This document shows positions 51,320 to 64,000 of a stretch of DNA of 64,000 nt, one piece after another. Position 1 is the stretch's first letter, and the number at the start of each line of letters is the position of its first letter. The translations under genes were made by a program, and so were the position numbers. The stretch comes from Trichinella spiralis (Eukaryota). The stretch is from positions 62,001 to 126,000 of the forward strand of contig NW_003526944.1 of assembly GCF_000181795.1 (NCBI RefSeq), read 5' to 3'. The notes beneath the pieces were generated by a model. That model was not told where the DNA came from. It saw only the letters and a program-made list of their open reading frames with translations, and did not search any database.

Positions 51320-53441
51320 CTAGTTGACTGAAGACGTTTCCGCTTCTTCACGTCTACGCCTTAAGCGAACACATCGTGGGCAACAATGTGGCTTAACGCA
51401 TTTGAAGTGGAAACATGATCCACAATCTTCACACCGATAAACAGAACTAATTTGAAATGGAAATATTACTTGCTTATCTTGACAAACTTCACAAATAAAT
51501 CCCTTAGAACGACAAATCTGAAATTGTATTACTCTTTGTTGTTACCTTTAAAAAAACATAAAAACTATACATACCAAACAATTTATAATATGCAAACCGG
51601 ATATATGAATCAAGTGGATGAATCTTTTCAAGAAAACACCGCTACGGATCTAAAACAATTACAAAATTATTTAAATATGAAAATAAGCTCCACGGTTTAA
51701 TAATGATGATGTTCAAAAAATTAAAACACTGTTCAAACGCACTTCACAAAAATCTTTCAAACTGTACAATTCGATTTCTTCGCTTAAATAACTTGGCAAT
51801 TTATTGAACAAATCCAACAATCTATAAAAGTAGCAACAAACAGGATGCAAATATTGTAAATGGTTTAAAAAAATTTGAAAAAATACAAAAGCATAAAACA
51901 AATATATGAATAAAAATTTATTATATTCAAATACTTGCTGTCGAAAGCTTCCAAATTGGATGCTGATTTGCATGTGCGCACGTAGTCGGCCATAAATTTC
52001 AGCTGGCGTCGTTTCACCCTCACCAGTGCCAGCGATTCCACCCTGGCATATAACCTTGGATTCAGCGTGGCTACGTTGAACATGGGAATTTCCTGGATGT
52101 GTTTTAAAATTTGCGAAGCTAAATCACAAACTGGCTGAAGTCGAAAGTCCCATTTTAACAACACCCTCGCTGGAATTATGCATCGTTCAGATTGATGACA
52201 ACAATGACAAAACAATTTTCCAAAATAACTGCAAAATTGTAAGCGAGAATGATATTCTAAAGAAAACATTTAAAAAATTAAAATTTTAAATTTTGAAAAA
52301 CTATGTATGCTATATCACCTTTGTCAATTTTACGTCCGCAACCTGCACATCTTGATCTTTGCTGATTGATTAGCAAATTTTTCCTGCATCAAAAAAACAT
52401 ATTTGCAGGCATTTTTTAAAATTTAAGTCCAATTATCTTTTATACTTTGGTTGAGCATAAATTTGCAAGATTACGTGTGATTTTGTTGGTGTCCAGTCTT
52501 TCTTACCATACTGGGAAAACGGTTATCTGAATTTAGCTGTAAAAGCAGAAACAAAACAACAAAATAGAATACCTCTTCCCGTTCGGTAGTATTTGTTGAC
52601 TGCGCAGTTAAAGACAGAAGCTAAAATTGTGTTTTGAAATTTACATTTTTATAAATTATTTCTTTACAAGTTCAGATGAATCTTCAGAAGAAACTGTCCA
52701 GTTCGCATCATCTGTCTGGCACGAGGGTCTGTGAGAAAATCGGCAAAGTAAGCATAAAGCAGCGTTGTCCGACGGATGACACTGATATGAAAGTTTGCCA
52801 CTAAATTTTATATGCACATTATCAAAAATTGATTTTGAAAAACTTAAATATTAATAATTAAATCTGACAAAGATGAATCTGAAACAACACTAGACGAATC
52901 ACTCTTGCACAAGTGGAAATTCTGCTGCTCAAAAGACGATTCAGCTCGAAATCTTTGCTGCAGCACTTTAGGTCGACATTTAACTTCTTCAATCAAAGAG
53001 ATGAGCAATTCACACAGATTTATTTGCGCATTATCCTAAAAAGTTTATAAATTGAAAAAAAAACATATCTTTCCTTTGATAAAATATTTTCATTTTTACC
53101 TGCTCCAATTGCCAGTCCACATCTGCTGGTACTGGCAAAGCGCTGTCTTGCCTAGATAAACCGTGCAAAACTTTTTGATGTTCAAGTTCGATCAGTGTTA
53201 AAAGTTCGCTTTCATTTGAACAGGCAAATTCATCGACCGATTCCAAATCTGCTAGCTGGCTAAAATACATACATACATACATACACATACACATACTTGT
53301 TTTCATGTATAACAATAACTTCGAAGCTGATTCTTCGGCATGAAATGAACAAACCACATCCACCAGTTCGTTTAGCAATTCTTCCACACAATGTGAACAA
53401 GCTTCCAATTTCATATTACAACAACATGCACCAGATATCAT
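51320..53441 (-). CDS. Rubicon/Pacer-like protein with C-terminal Rubicon-homology (RH) Zn domain and no obvious RUN domain
   Basis: DNAQINLCELLISLIEEVKC, DWTPTKSHVIL, QRSRCAGCG, RLQFCSYFGKLFCHCCH, IPARVLLKWDF, YSLKD, RCEDCGSCFHFKC..CCPRCVRL; stop at 51320-51322. Confidence 0.8.
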
Positions 53442-53741
53442 GATGAAACTGCCTTATAAGAGATATAAATTATTAAAATAAAATTAATCACTGGTAACTG
53501 TAAAAATGTAATATAAACAAAATTAATAAATATAACTGGAACAAACATATAATAATAAAATAACAATCATTGTAAAGTATATTTCATTTATAACAAGATC
53601 CATCCAGAACAACAATTCATCATTGCTATGGTAGTTATCAATGTAAAAAGCTAGAGATGCAATTACAAACTGTTCAAATACATTGCATCAAAGATTATAT
53701 TATATCCACATGTACACATTGATACGTGAATTCAAATTTTT

Positions 53742-56700
53742 TTATTCAGAATCTTCGACATCGGCAAATGTTTTCTGCACTTTATTCATTCGATCGCCTA
53801 AACTCAGTGCCATGCCCTGGCTTTTCGCTCGAATTCGAATATGCCCTATTACAACCGCTTCAGAATTCGATGATGATTTTTCGATGCTTAAATTTGCCAA
53901 TGCGTCTTCGCCAAAAATCGACCTCGCGTATAAATTAGCAGCTAAAAATCCACTATCACCAGAGAGTGCTGGTTCAGGGGTCAAACAACGCATATTAGTA
54001 GATTTGACAAGAAAATCAAGATACTCTTTTAAATCAGTAATTGTAGTATTTACAGTCACCTAAAAGAAAGAAATAATTGTTCTGCATAAAATTATTCAGA
54101 GAAAAAAATGAACATAATAATAATTAATGAATAACTGAATTACGTATATATATATAATTTCACCTTATTTTCCCATTCAAATTCACTCCACATCTGTCTG
54201 AATTCCTCATCTGAACAAGACATTGGAACAATATAGTCCAAAATATCGACGTGAATATCATTCAAATAGATACAATTGCGATCACCAACAGAACCGCGCA
54301 CGTCGTAAACAATCGTTCCAAATATTACACCATTCTCTGTAGAAGAAACCTACAAACCAAGGATACAGTTTTTCTCTGTCGCTCGTTTTTTTTAAAATAA
54401 AAGCTGCAATAATAATCGAAAAAAACATACCTTGATACTTGCTCGAACGTTGGCAAAGTCTCCAGGTGCTAAGGTAATCGACGAAGGCCTTTCAACAAGC
54501 TTCAAATCACCAACCGTTGCCAATTCCAATGTAACAGATTCAAGAGTGTCGTTAGTTTGATTGACCAGCAAACAGTCTAGACTGATGTCATACTGATTTA
54601 ATGTAACATAAGCTTCAGCATAGACTGGGTCTGAAAAGCCGGACAATTGGGTAACACGTTCCAACGTTGAAAATGACATGTCAAATTTCTGCTGCTTTTT
54701 AGCCGTACCCAAAGCTTGATTCAAACTGTATAAATTGTACATTTAAAAAGACAAAAGAGAAAATTCATAAAAATCAATGTTCACCTCATTTCAAAAATAT
54801 TATCCACAGTCTCTGGTGCAGATTTTGCGGACAGTTGATAAAAAGCAATCCCATCGTCCGGTTGAGAAATCACAACGTTCTCTTCTTTGCCAATAGTTGT
54901 TGTGGCTTGCTTTCTTGCTTTCGCTTCCATTTTTAACATGGTTTGCAATTTTTCTTTAAACTGTGGTAACAGCGTTCGTTTAACATCGTCCGGACACTGA
55001 CCTGCTAAAAGTTTTATCGCCACAATAATTCGATCTGTATCTTCAGGTGTGATAGGCACTTTTGGCAATTCCGATGTACCAACTTGCAATATACAAGCTA
55101 GCATTAGCATAATATTAGCTGTTAATGTATTTTGCTTGGTTGAATCATGTTCAATTTCACCATATCTTATTGCCAATTTGGCTAGTATCCAAGCTACTGA
55201 AGCCAAAGGAAAATAATCACCATTCATCAACGCATCTTTCAATAAATGAATGTGTTCACTGTTGGACACTTTAGCACTGGTAAATACACTTTCCGTGGCG
55301 TATGTACCATCAGGATTGAGACGACGTGCAGTCGGTACTATGGTCGGCTGCTCAGCTAACATCATTTCATCTTCATTCTAATAAAAAAAAGAAAGAAAGA
55401 CGTTCAAACAATTAAAAAGTAAAAAGAACATTAACTGAAAGTTCAATTTGCTAGAATTAACAATCAATCAATCACCTGCTCATTTTCAGTAACTATATCC
55501 CCAAGTGATTGACGAACCAAATCCACTAATAATTCAATGTCGGCAGGTTTGTCGCTATATTCACCTAAAATCCAAAGCGCAGAGCGGAATATTTTCAAAT
55601 TTCGTATAGCGGCCACGACATCCATTAACTGCAGAATAATTGTTTGGCGTATTTGAGGCATAATTTGTACAGCCTCACGAATGAACAGTAATACATCATT
55701 TGCCGAAGAATCTTTACCGTCGCACAAAAATTCCATCAAAGATGGCATGAAACTGGATATTACTTCTGGAAAGCGAACAGAAATCTTGTGCAAAGTGCGA
55801 ACCAGCAAGCGTCGATATTTTTCTGTATCGTCACCAGCTACTGCGCTGACAGTTTTCCCAACTTCTTTTCTTAAACATGCAACTAACTCTTCCACATTTC
55901 GGTTGCAAACCAAATCCAAAGCCAAGTCTAATGCTTTTCTTCTCACTTCCATGTCCGGACAGTTGAGAACTCTAAGCATGTCCATCACTAATTCCTGCAA
56001 CACTCTATCCGCTTGTTTGTTACGACGCATTTCAACCAATCTTTCCAAAACAATCATTTTCACATTATTGTCACTTTCTTTAACAATCAAACTAATGAAT
56101 GTATTCGCAGATGCCTATAAACATACCGTTACAAATCAAACCAAAAGCACAAAAAATGATAATATCATTTTACCTTAACGGCTGTTGGAGAAAATGTCAA
56201 TGTTAATAATGCTGAAGCAGCTTCGTATCGTACAGCCGCGCTGGTAGATTGCAGCAAATTGTAAATGCAACGTATAAAGCGAGAACTTTCACTAGGGTTC
56301 GAATGGCATACCTTGCAGATCAGCTCCACAATAATTAATTGCAAAATGTCACTAAATGAAGTCACCTAGAACAAATTATTCAATTCAATTGTCATCAAAC
56401 AAATAATGCCCAAACGCTTGCCTGATCAATGCAAGTGCTTAAATAATCCAATGCGCGTTTCTGATCTACATGCAACAACATCATAAATGCATTCCGTTTG
56501 CATGATGAGTCTTGTTCAGATTCCAAAAAGTTGTGTATCAATTCTGGAGCGTCCGGTATGAGAAAATCAAAATTTTTATATATCGTAAATGCAGCCAAAA
56601 CGGCGTTTCGCCGTACATAACTGTGTCTGTTTTCCAGACAGGCTCGTATGCTTGGCATAAGTGGTTCCAACAATTCAGGTTCTTTCAAACGACACAAGAA

Positions 56701-57150
56701 GCGCAAAGTAGAGCCGCGTACAAATTCGTTAGGATGCTGCAAATCTTTCCGGTATGCATCGCACACCAGTATCATTTCTTGAAGCAATTTTCCATCCGCC
56801 GAAGTTTTTGGCACAATTTCCCAAAATATGAGCAACAATTTTTTCATCATATGATCTTGCGATGGCAAGCAAAATCGAATAACATGCATAACAATAGCAG
56901 CGCTGAGCTTTTCTCCATGCAACATTGCGAATATCAATTTCTTCAGTGTTGCAATTTTATTGCTCAAACTTCCTAAACTTATGCAATATTAAATTTAAAA
57001 ATAACAAGAAAGTAAAAAATAATACTTCCCTCCTTCACTCATACCTTTTTCAAGCAACTCTTTTATCGGCATATCATTTGAAGGAAATTCAAAATCAGAG
57101 GGTTTGTTTATATAAACATAGCACGGTTGGTCAAACAATGTCGCAGACAT
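53742..57150 (-). CDS. COPB1: Coatomer subunit beta
   Basis: CYVYIN start, [103 protein letters not shown]. Confidence 0.98.
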
Positions 57151-58097
57151 GTTTCCCAATCAATTTTCTTTATAAAATAACCCTAAAAATAAAAGCACCA
57201 TATGAACTTTCATATCTTGCATAGCAAACGTGATGCGATAAACATGATAAAAGTCACAATCACACAATTTAATACTTATAATATTTGTTTATTTTTATCA
57301 TTTTTCAGCTTTCTCATCACACAACACACATACCAGTTTCATTGCTTATGAAAAGCCTAATATAAAAGAAAACGGTAAAATAATACATGCCCGTCAACTG
57401 ATAGAATAATTCGACATGTTTTTCCAAAAAATGAACAATAACGATAAAATGAACGAACATATATAAGAAGTTTGTTCCAAAGAAAATAAATGAATTTAAA
57501 ATAAGTTTGATTAATTGAAATATAATTCGTGAAAAGAGAAACGAATATTGATAAATTGATAATGCTTTTTCCTGAAATTGTAACAATTCATGATTACAAC
57601 AACTAAGTTTAAAAAACAAAAAAATACTTCTCAATTAAAAAATACAGTGTTATTTCTTATGACAAATGCGCAACAAAATAACAATGAAAATTCACGGAAA
57701 AAAATTATCCATTTAGCCAGTAATGGAATTACTAAAGAAGTTATTTATTAGATACATCATCATGGGTCATTAAAATACCAAAAACCATTAGGACAATTCA
57801 AATAGAAAACATCCCTACTAAATGTATAGAAAAGTTATTCATCAGAACATTTGCAAATTCAGAATTACTATTATACTGTACAGTGAAACTGAACTTATAA
57901 ACGTCACAAAAGTTAAAAACAATTCAACGTAATTCACGATTAAAAAATATTTAAAGATCAATAAATGGACAGACTGATAATCATCTAAAACTGACATGAC
58001 TTACAACAAAACGTTTATTTTCAATTCTTTTATTAAATGAACAGCCTCATGAAACTTACAACGTATGAATTGTAGTACACAGCGTAGCGACCAAAAA

Positions 58098-58987
58098 TGA
58101 TGCACAGTCAACAATACAGTATTACCGTTCTGATTTGTAGGTAAGCTAGATTTTGTTTTTTTCATTAAATTTATATTTCATCTGTTATATTATTATTATC
58201 ATCATTTTTCTACTTTTTATCATTAATAAGGAGAAGCAAAAAAAACTACCCCAAAATAAAAGGTACTACAACTTTGGTAAGTACTAAATGTAAGTAATTA
58301 ATTGAAAAAAGTCATTGCAAGCATTTATTTGTTATCATTTGATAGTGGAGCTTAATTAATAATAAAATTTATCTAATTTTTTAGTATTAGGCATTTATAG
58401 TCATGAATTTTTATTAAGTTGGGCAAATAGAAATAGAATACCACATAGTGGTTGGTTGGTATTAGTGAATCTGTTCATCTTTCATTTCATTGGACTGTCG
58501 GTCTTTTTTCATCTCCATAATCAATTAATTAACTTTATTATTGTACTTTTGTTAATAGCAGAATGCAGACGACGTAATGATTGGTAGAAGATTATTTCTT
58601 TGGCTGTTTGCTTGTTTGCCAAATATGCTCGTTTTATTAAGTGCAGTGCATTTGTCATTTGTGACATTTGTGCAGGTTACAGTACAACAAATGCGTTGGG
58701 AAAATTTTTGCAAATATCCGACGCAAAGGTTGTTTACGATTTGAAACAATCTGCTGGTAAGCATGTACGTTCAGTGTTGTTGATTCGCTGCCAGGCTTGT
58801 AGTTTGCCTCGCTTTGAAAGGTTAAAGTTCAATTCGATTTATTCATTAATGACCAGCACTTTTTTTAGCCAAAGGTGGTGATGCTTACAGTACGTTGGCT
58901 AATGCAAAATGGGATAATCCACTCAGTAGCATCAGTGATGTTGAAGCTGTTCTTGGCTATTTCAAACGTGACTGTTGGTTTAGAAGG
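58098..58987 (+). CDS. Putative small spliced orphan gene (about 105-115 aa); 3' end uncertain
   Basis: Five candidate exons (58098-58140, 58231-58276, 58559-58583, 58677-58757, 58869-58987) with GT-AG sites (gtaagc, gtaagt, gtagaa, gtaagc) join in frame without stops: MMHSQQYSITVLICR/RSKKNYPKIKGTTTL/QNADDVMIG/YSTTNALGKFLQISDAKVVYDLKQSA/AKGGDAYSTLANAKWDNPLSSISDVEAVLGYFKRDCWFR. Confidence 0.45.
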
Positions 58988-59369
58988 TCAATAGTGTTTG
59001 TTTACTGATGATAATCTTTACTTTGCTACTGGCCAGAGTTAATTGAGCTATGCGAACGAAAGCAATTCATTTATTTAAAAAGTATTTATGTTTATTTGAA
59101 AAAAATACGAAACTTCCTCACAAGATGAAGATGAACAGAATAGGTAAATTAGTTATGAGCGTTTTTTATATTGCAAAAGTTTAACAATAATAAATTTTCT
59201 GTAATTTAAACTGTTCATAAAATGAATAATTTCAGAGTAGCGTAAAAAATAATAAATCAATGAAACTGTGGAAATTGAGACTGAGACTTTATTCAACGTG
59301 TTTGAAAGCAGTGTTCGCATGTTTGCGCCGTTACTTTTCGTTTGTTTTTTGTATTACGTTGTTATGAAA

Positions 59370-62300
59370 TCAAGTTACGCAAGATAATTCCTGAGCATTT
59401 TTTACCGCGTACGTGCAATGGCAAGCTTGCCACAATGGCCACTGGTCAGCTGATAAGTGGACATCAGTCAATACACGCCAACTACGTCCAACTTCTACTG
59501 CATTGGTTGTACACTGTGATCCGTTGTTGAGCATCACATCATACCAGATGATGGTCGTTTGGTCAGCCCTCGATCCAACTTCAACATCTGCCCAAATGGT
59601 TAAACGTTGAGAGTTGTCGTGATGTTTGACCAAAATCCATGCATGCGGCTTTTTCAACATCCATCTGCGCGAGGCGCCAATTGTACCTTCAGGAGGAGGT
59701 GGTTGGTCATCGAAAATCGGTTTACATTCCCAATAGGGTGGCGTTGTTTTGCTCATGTTGTTCAACGTTTGCAGCGCTGTCAGGTGATGGGCGCTGGCCA
59801 GTATTGGTTCGATGGTCTGTTCAGTTGGATCCACTCGAACGCACAACTGAGCTACATGCATTACGGTAGACCGGTCGGTACCAAGAAGCAGAATCGACTG
59901 CAACCAAAGGACGTTGAGCACGAAAAGTGAGACCAGTGTGGTCAACGAGAAACCAAGCAGCGCTGTCTGGTGAACAGTGGTGCAAGCTGAAACGAGCCGA
60001 CGTACTGTTCGACTTTGCTGCGCCGGTTCGACCGATTTGTAATAATGATGAATACAAGGCGCACAGCCGATCAGCACAGTAAATACGTACAGCAACAAGC
60101 AAACAACAAAACAACAACACTGACGTGTGGTCAGCCAGGCTAATTGACCAATGCGTAAACTGATCGTCGGAGTTGTGGATGTGGCCGGCGTTGGTGAATT
60201 CGAACTTTCTTCCACTTCAGCCGCCAATGTCGAACGGTCGACGACAATGTTGCTGTTGCTTTTTGTCAAACGACGGAATTGTACAAGCGCTTCCTGCGAA
60301 CGAAACACTGACGACGTTACCCGTACAGGCCACAAAAAATCCAACTCTTTACAATTTGACATTGCTGAACCTGAAAATCTTTTTATTTCTACAAAAATAT
60401 CTTTTTCTCATTTGCATACAATGCAACTGACCTGCGCTTGTTGAATTTGATTCAGCACCAAGATCAATGGCAACTAACAACGAATCCATCATGTCGGAAT
60501 TTCTCTCTACCGTCTGCACGCTGTCTAAAAGAAAAATAATTACCATAACAAGCAACATGTTAGAGATGTTGAAGAGGATGACAATTTTATTTCTTTTCTG
60601 ATGGAAAATTGATACACAAATTCCTTTTAAAGTTTTCCATCAAATTCAATCGAATCAAGTGAAGAAAAAACACGAAACGATTACATTTTTCTTTTCTTTT
60701 TTTTTCATTACACACTTTCATTGCGAATTTTTTCCGCATAAGTTTTAAATGAACTACTGACTGTATGGGGCAGTGGCATTGAAATTAGCTTCATCAGTGT
60801 GATATCGATTTGATGGCAGCATTTAATTAAGAAGGTTGAAAAAAGTGGGCGGCCGCTCTCGGCGGGCCGGATGTTGAGTCGGCTTGAGAGCGTGAGAAGG
60901 AAAAAGCCAGTGAAATTGACTTCGCACGTTTCAGCAGCACTGATCGATCAGAATAAGACGATCGGATCAGTTTTCAGTTTTGTCTCACGGCCCAGGCGAC
61001 AATTTTCGATTTACAAAAACAATTAATTCTCTCACTTTGAAAGAGTTACTGACTATTGTTGCAGCACTGCTGGTGGTGGTGGTGGCGGTGGTGATGCAAA
61101 TGTGTCCAGTCGAAGATCCGCCAATCAGCATTGGCAACTGCTGCTGCTGCTGATGCGTAAACGAATAATAAAAAATGACTGTCAAATTTTAAAATCTTCT
61201 CTGCCTATTTGCTTTCACTGGTCAATTTCTTTACGAGATTGTTAATTATCCAGGGCGTGGCAGGAACACAACCATGCTCCTGGTGAAATTGATCGATTTA
61301 TTATTCTCTAAAATGATGCAACTGTTCCACGAACACAAATCGAACTGACGATCTAGCTATTCACCATAATTATAAGATTTATGAAAGAAAAAATGAAATA
61401 AAATAAAACATTCATGCAAAAACCATCTTTAATTTTATAACATTAAAAATTAATTTTCTCCCTATCTCTCTTCTTTTCTTATTTATTCTTTTGGTGCTGT
61501 TATTTTTTATCTTGTATCACCAAGAAAACAATCTTGCTCAATTTCATCAAAATGGATGAAAATTTCATTTTTTCAATTACTATAAAAATAAAATTGAACA
61601 AGATCATTTTAATAAAAAAATTTCCATTTACTACACAATGGCTAATTGTTTGGAAATGCCCATCAGCATTTAAAAGCAGCATACATGCAAATCTAATTGA
61701 AAACGAATAGATTTTGTGTAAACAAATAGAACATCATTCAAATACAAATATATTGGAACAGCAGAAATGGTCAATCCTCAGAGTGCAATAACATTTTGCA
61801 TTTCTCTGGCCTCAGTTCATCATTGTGGCGTGCAGTTGTCAGAAAGAATGGAATCAATGCTGTTCAAGCAGGCTTTTGCTGTCAATGCAAAAGCAACTAA
61901 TAAATTATTAAGCAAAATTTGTCAAAATTTATCATCATGCCGTTTAAAGTTTATACCAACTAACTTACCATCACCAACAAATAACAATTTTTCCTGTAAA
62001 ACTTATTCTCTTGTTAAGCAATTAAGCAAAGCGAATAATATCTGTTGTAAAGAAATAAACAAATTTATTTCTCTCTTTTTTTTATTTAAATAAACATTAT
62101 TCCCTTTTCTTATTATTCTTTATATTCAGATTTATGATTTATTTATTACAAAATTGAATTAGTGTCATTGGCACGTACAAACAAGCAACACTGTACCACA
62201 TATAAGTATAAATTTATAATGTATATTATTTGAAGCTCTGTTATTATTATTTATCTATTATATAATGTACTGCAAAACAATCGTCGTTTCATTAATCAAC

Positions 62301-63963
62301 AAAATGGCCAAAAGTGCGATTTTATGCTGAATAGGTGAGTGCTGAAAAAATAATGACGACCAAATTCTTCTACGCGAACTGTTTACTCATAGCCAAGTAT
62401 AATGTAAATTGTTATTCGTAAAATGTAAATTTTAATTAATGCAGATAACGAAAAAAGAAGCGGCAATGTGTTGGAATGAAAAGATTCAATAAAGTGCTCG
62501 TCTGCATGAATATTGTGATTTTCACTTGGGCAAACGATTTATCGATCTGGCGCGGTTTCGGAAGGACCAGGCACCGGGGAATTTCCAAAATTTACACGAA
62601 CTGAGCAACGCTACCCTGTGGAATTTTATTTTCTTTTGTTTTAAAACTTGCCTACTTTATCTCAATCCACTGAAATGAACAACTCTATTTATATTCATAT
62701 TTATATTTTATACACCTTTAGAAATGTGATTGATGAAAGAAAACTGCTCTGGTAAATAACCCACCAACTATATTTATATTTTTAATATTTTTTATCATTA
62801 TCATTTTTATTCTTTATACATAAAAAAAAGAAATCAGTTACAACAAGAGCAATTTCATCAGTTATCCGTATAATAATTAGAAAAGGCAACAACAGTTTGA
62901 GCAACAGCAAAGTTATTATTGTTATTATTATTTAAATGAAATTATAGCTCTTTTTAAATGTCTCCTTAAATAAATAAATAAATATATATATATATATATC
63001 CGGTAAAGTTTCGATCGATCGCGTGTTAAATAATAAGTAATTTTGTTCAATTTCAAATTGTTATTATAAAGCATAATTGAAGTTTGAAAGAAGAAATCGA
63101 AAAGAGATAAAAGGATATAAATGTTTTTTACCAGCAGTCAATGTAGTTGTCGTAGTTGTAGTTGTAGTAGTTGTGTTAACACTCAAATGAGCACTGTTTA
63201 CTTGGGGCTTTGTGGGGCTTGGAGCACAATGATTGCAATGGGCGAGTCGACGCCGTTGGCGCCAGTTTGAAATTTGAAGCCGTTTGAAAGAGAATCCAAC
63301 CATTATGAAACGCCATCCAAGACTGAGCAACGTGCTCAAAGCTGCAAAAACGAGAGGCCAACAAGGTTGAGCTGGATTTGGCACAATGCAACCGCTTAGC
63401 CAGACATAATTGATTATTGTCAACGGCAAATCTTCGAGTAGCATGATCAAAAAGCTTATACGAAAACAGTCGAACGAGAACAACCATCTTTTGAAATATA
63501 CACACAATGGACGACAGAAGCAAGCATTTTCAGCACCAGCCGAAATATTCAATCTAGCAGGTCTGAGCGCGTGCTCGCAGCACAGATGCACCAGCAGAAA
63601 GTTCAACGTGCTTCCCACAACACAACTGCACACCATCACCACTGCGCACCAAGATTTCAACGGAAATGTAACAGTCAAACCACGACATGCGTGAAACGTG
63701 TGTACCCAGTCGGCGATTAAATTTAACAGATAAACTAAAAAACTGCCCGCGTACAACGTGTGCAAAGTTTTCGCATGCAAACCCATCAGCCAGAGTTGAT
63801 GCTGCTGCTGTTGATGCTGGTGTTGCTGTTGTTGAGCGTATGCTTTGACCAAACGAGTCGGTGTCGGTTCGGTTCGACGAGCTTGGCGTGGATGTGATGC
63901 TGGAGAAGCGGGATTCGGTCGAATCACGTTCAGGCGTTCTGGTCGTCGATCTTCCGTATACAT
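59370..63963 (-). CDS. Uncharacterised multipass membrane protein (about 6-7 TM), probably four exons
   Basis: Phase-1 joins: 63963-63132 (LNLIADW, LLEDLP TM block), 61149-61054 (His-rich), 60524-60432, 60370-59370 (WPVR, two more TMs, Cys/Trp-containing C-terminal domain). All junctions are GT-AG and in frame. Confidence 0.7.
63141..63175. repeat. Imperfect (GTAGTT)n repeat encoding poly-Thr in the membrane-protein exon
   Basis: atgtagttgtcgtagttgtagttgtagtagttgtg; TTTTTTTTTT in the minus-strand ORF. Confidence 0.75.
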
Positions 63964-64000
63964 GTTTATCACAGCAACTGGCAGTGTGGGATTTAACTGT

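Noticed and set aside
55681..56976. Plus-strand ORFs (165, 154 aa) overlapping COPB1
   Set aside because: Antisense shadows of long exons

Overview
AT-rich eukaryotic genomic DNA with many short (about 45-80 nt) GT-AG introns and nematode-type proteins, most consistent with a clade I nematode such as Trichinella (inference, not verified). It is gene-dense, with about 18 protein-coding genes: unc-10/RIM, NUDT21/CPSF5, LRR1, an S28 serine peptidase, TFIIS, a claudin-like tetraspan, SLC25A21, an unusual RS-RRM-RS splicing factor, FBXO45/fsn-1, RYK/lin-18, SAS-6, a choline transporter-like SLC44, a divergent K50 PRD-class homeobox, a PAF acetylhydrolase, a Rubicon/Pacer-like RH-domain protein, COPB1, a small spliced orphan gene and a four-exon uncharacterised multipass membrane protein. 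It also holds an internally deleted pogo/Tigger DNA transposon and several microsatellites. Exon boundaries were read by eye and are approximate. I found no rRNA, tRNA or CRISPR, and cannot demonstrate a wholly new system. The best leads are: (1) a Tra2-flanked SR protein with an SRSF3/7-type RRM, followed by candidate non-coding 3' cassette exons next to a (UG)n tract; (2) a canonical, vertebrate-like SAS-6 head in a nematode; (3) a 66-nt exon inserted in the RIM zinc finger; (4) a probable COPB1-Rubicon operon; (5) a block of five intronless genes; (6) TACNGTA clusters at 5' ends; (7) a phase-consistent orphan gene largely hidden from the ORF track.
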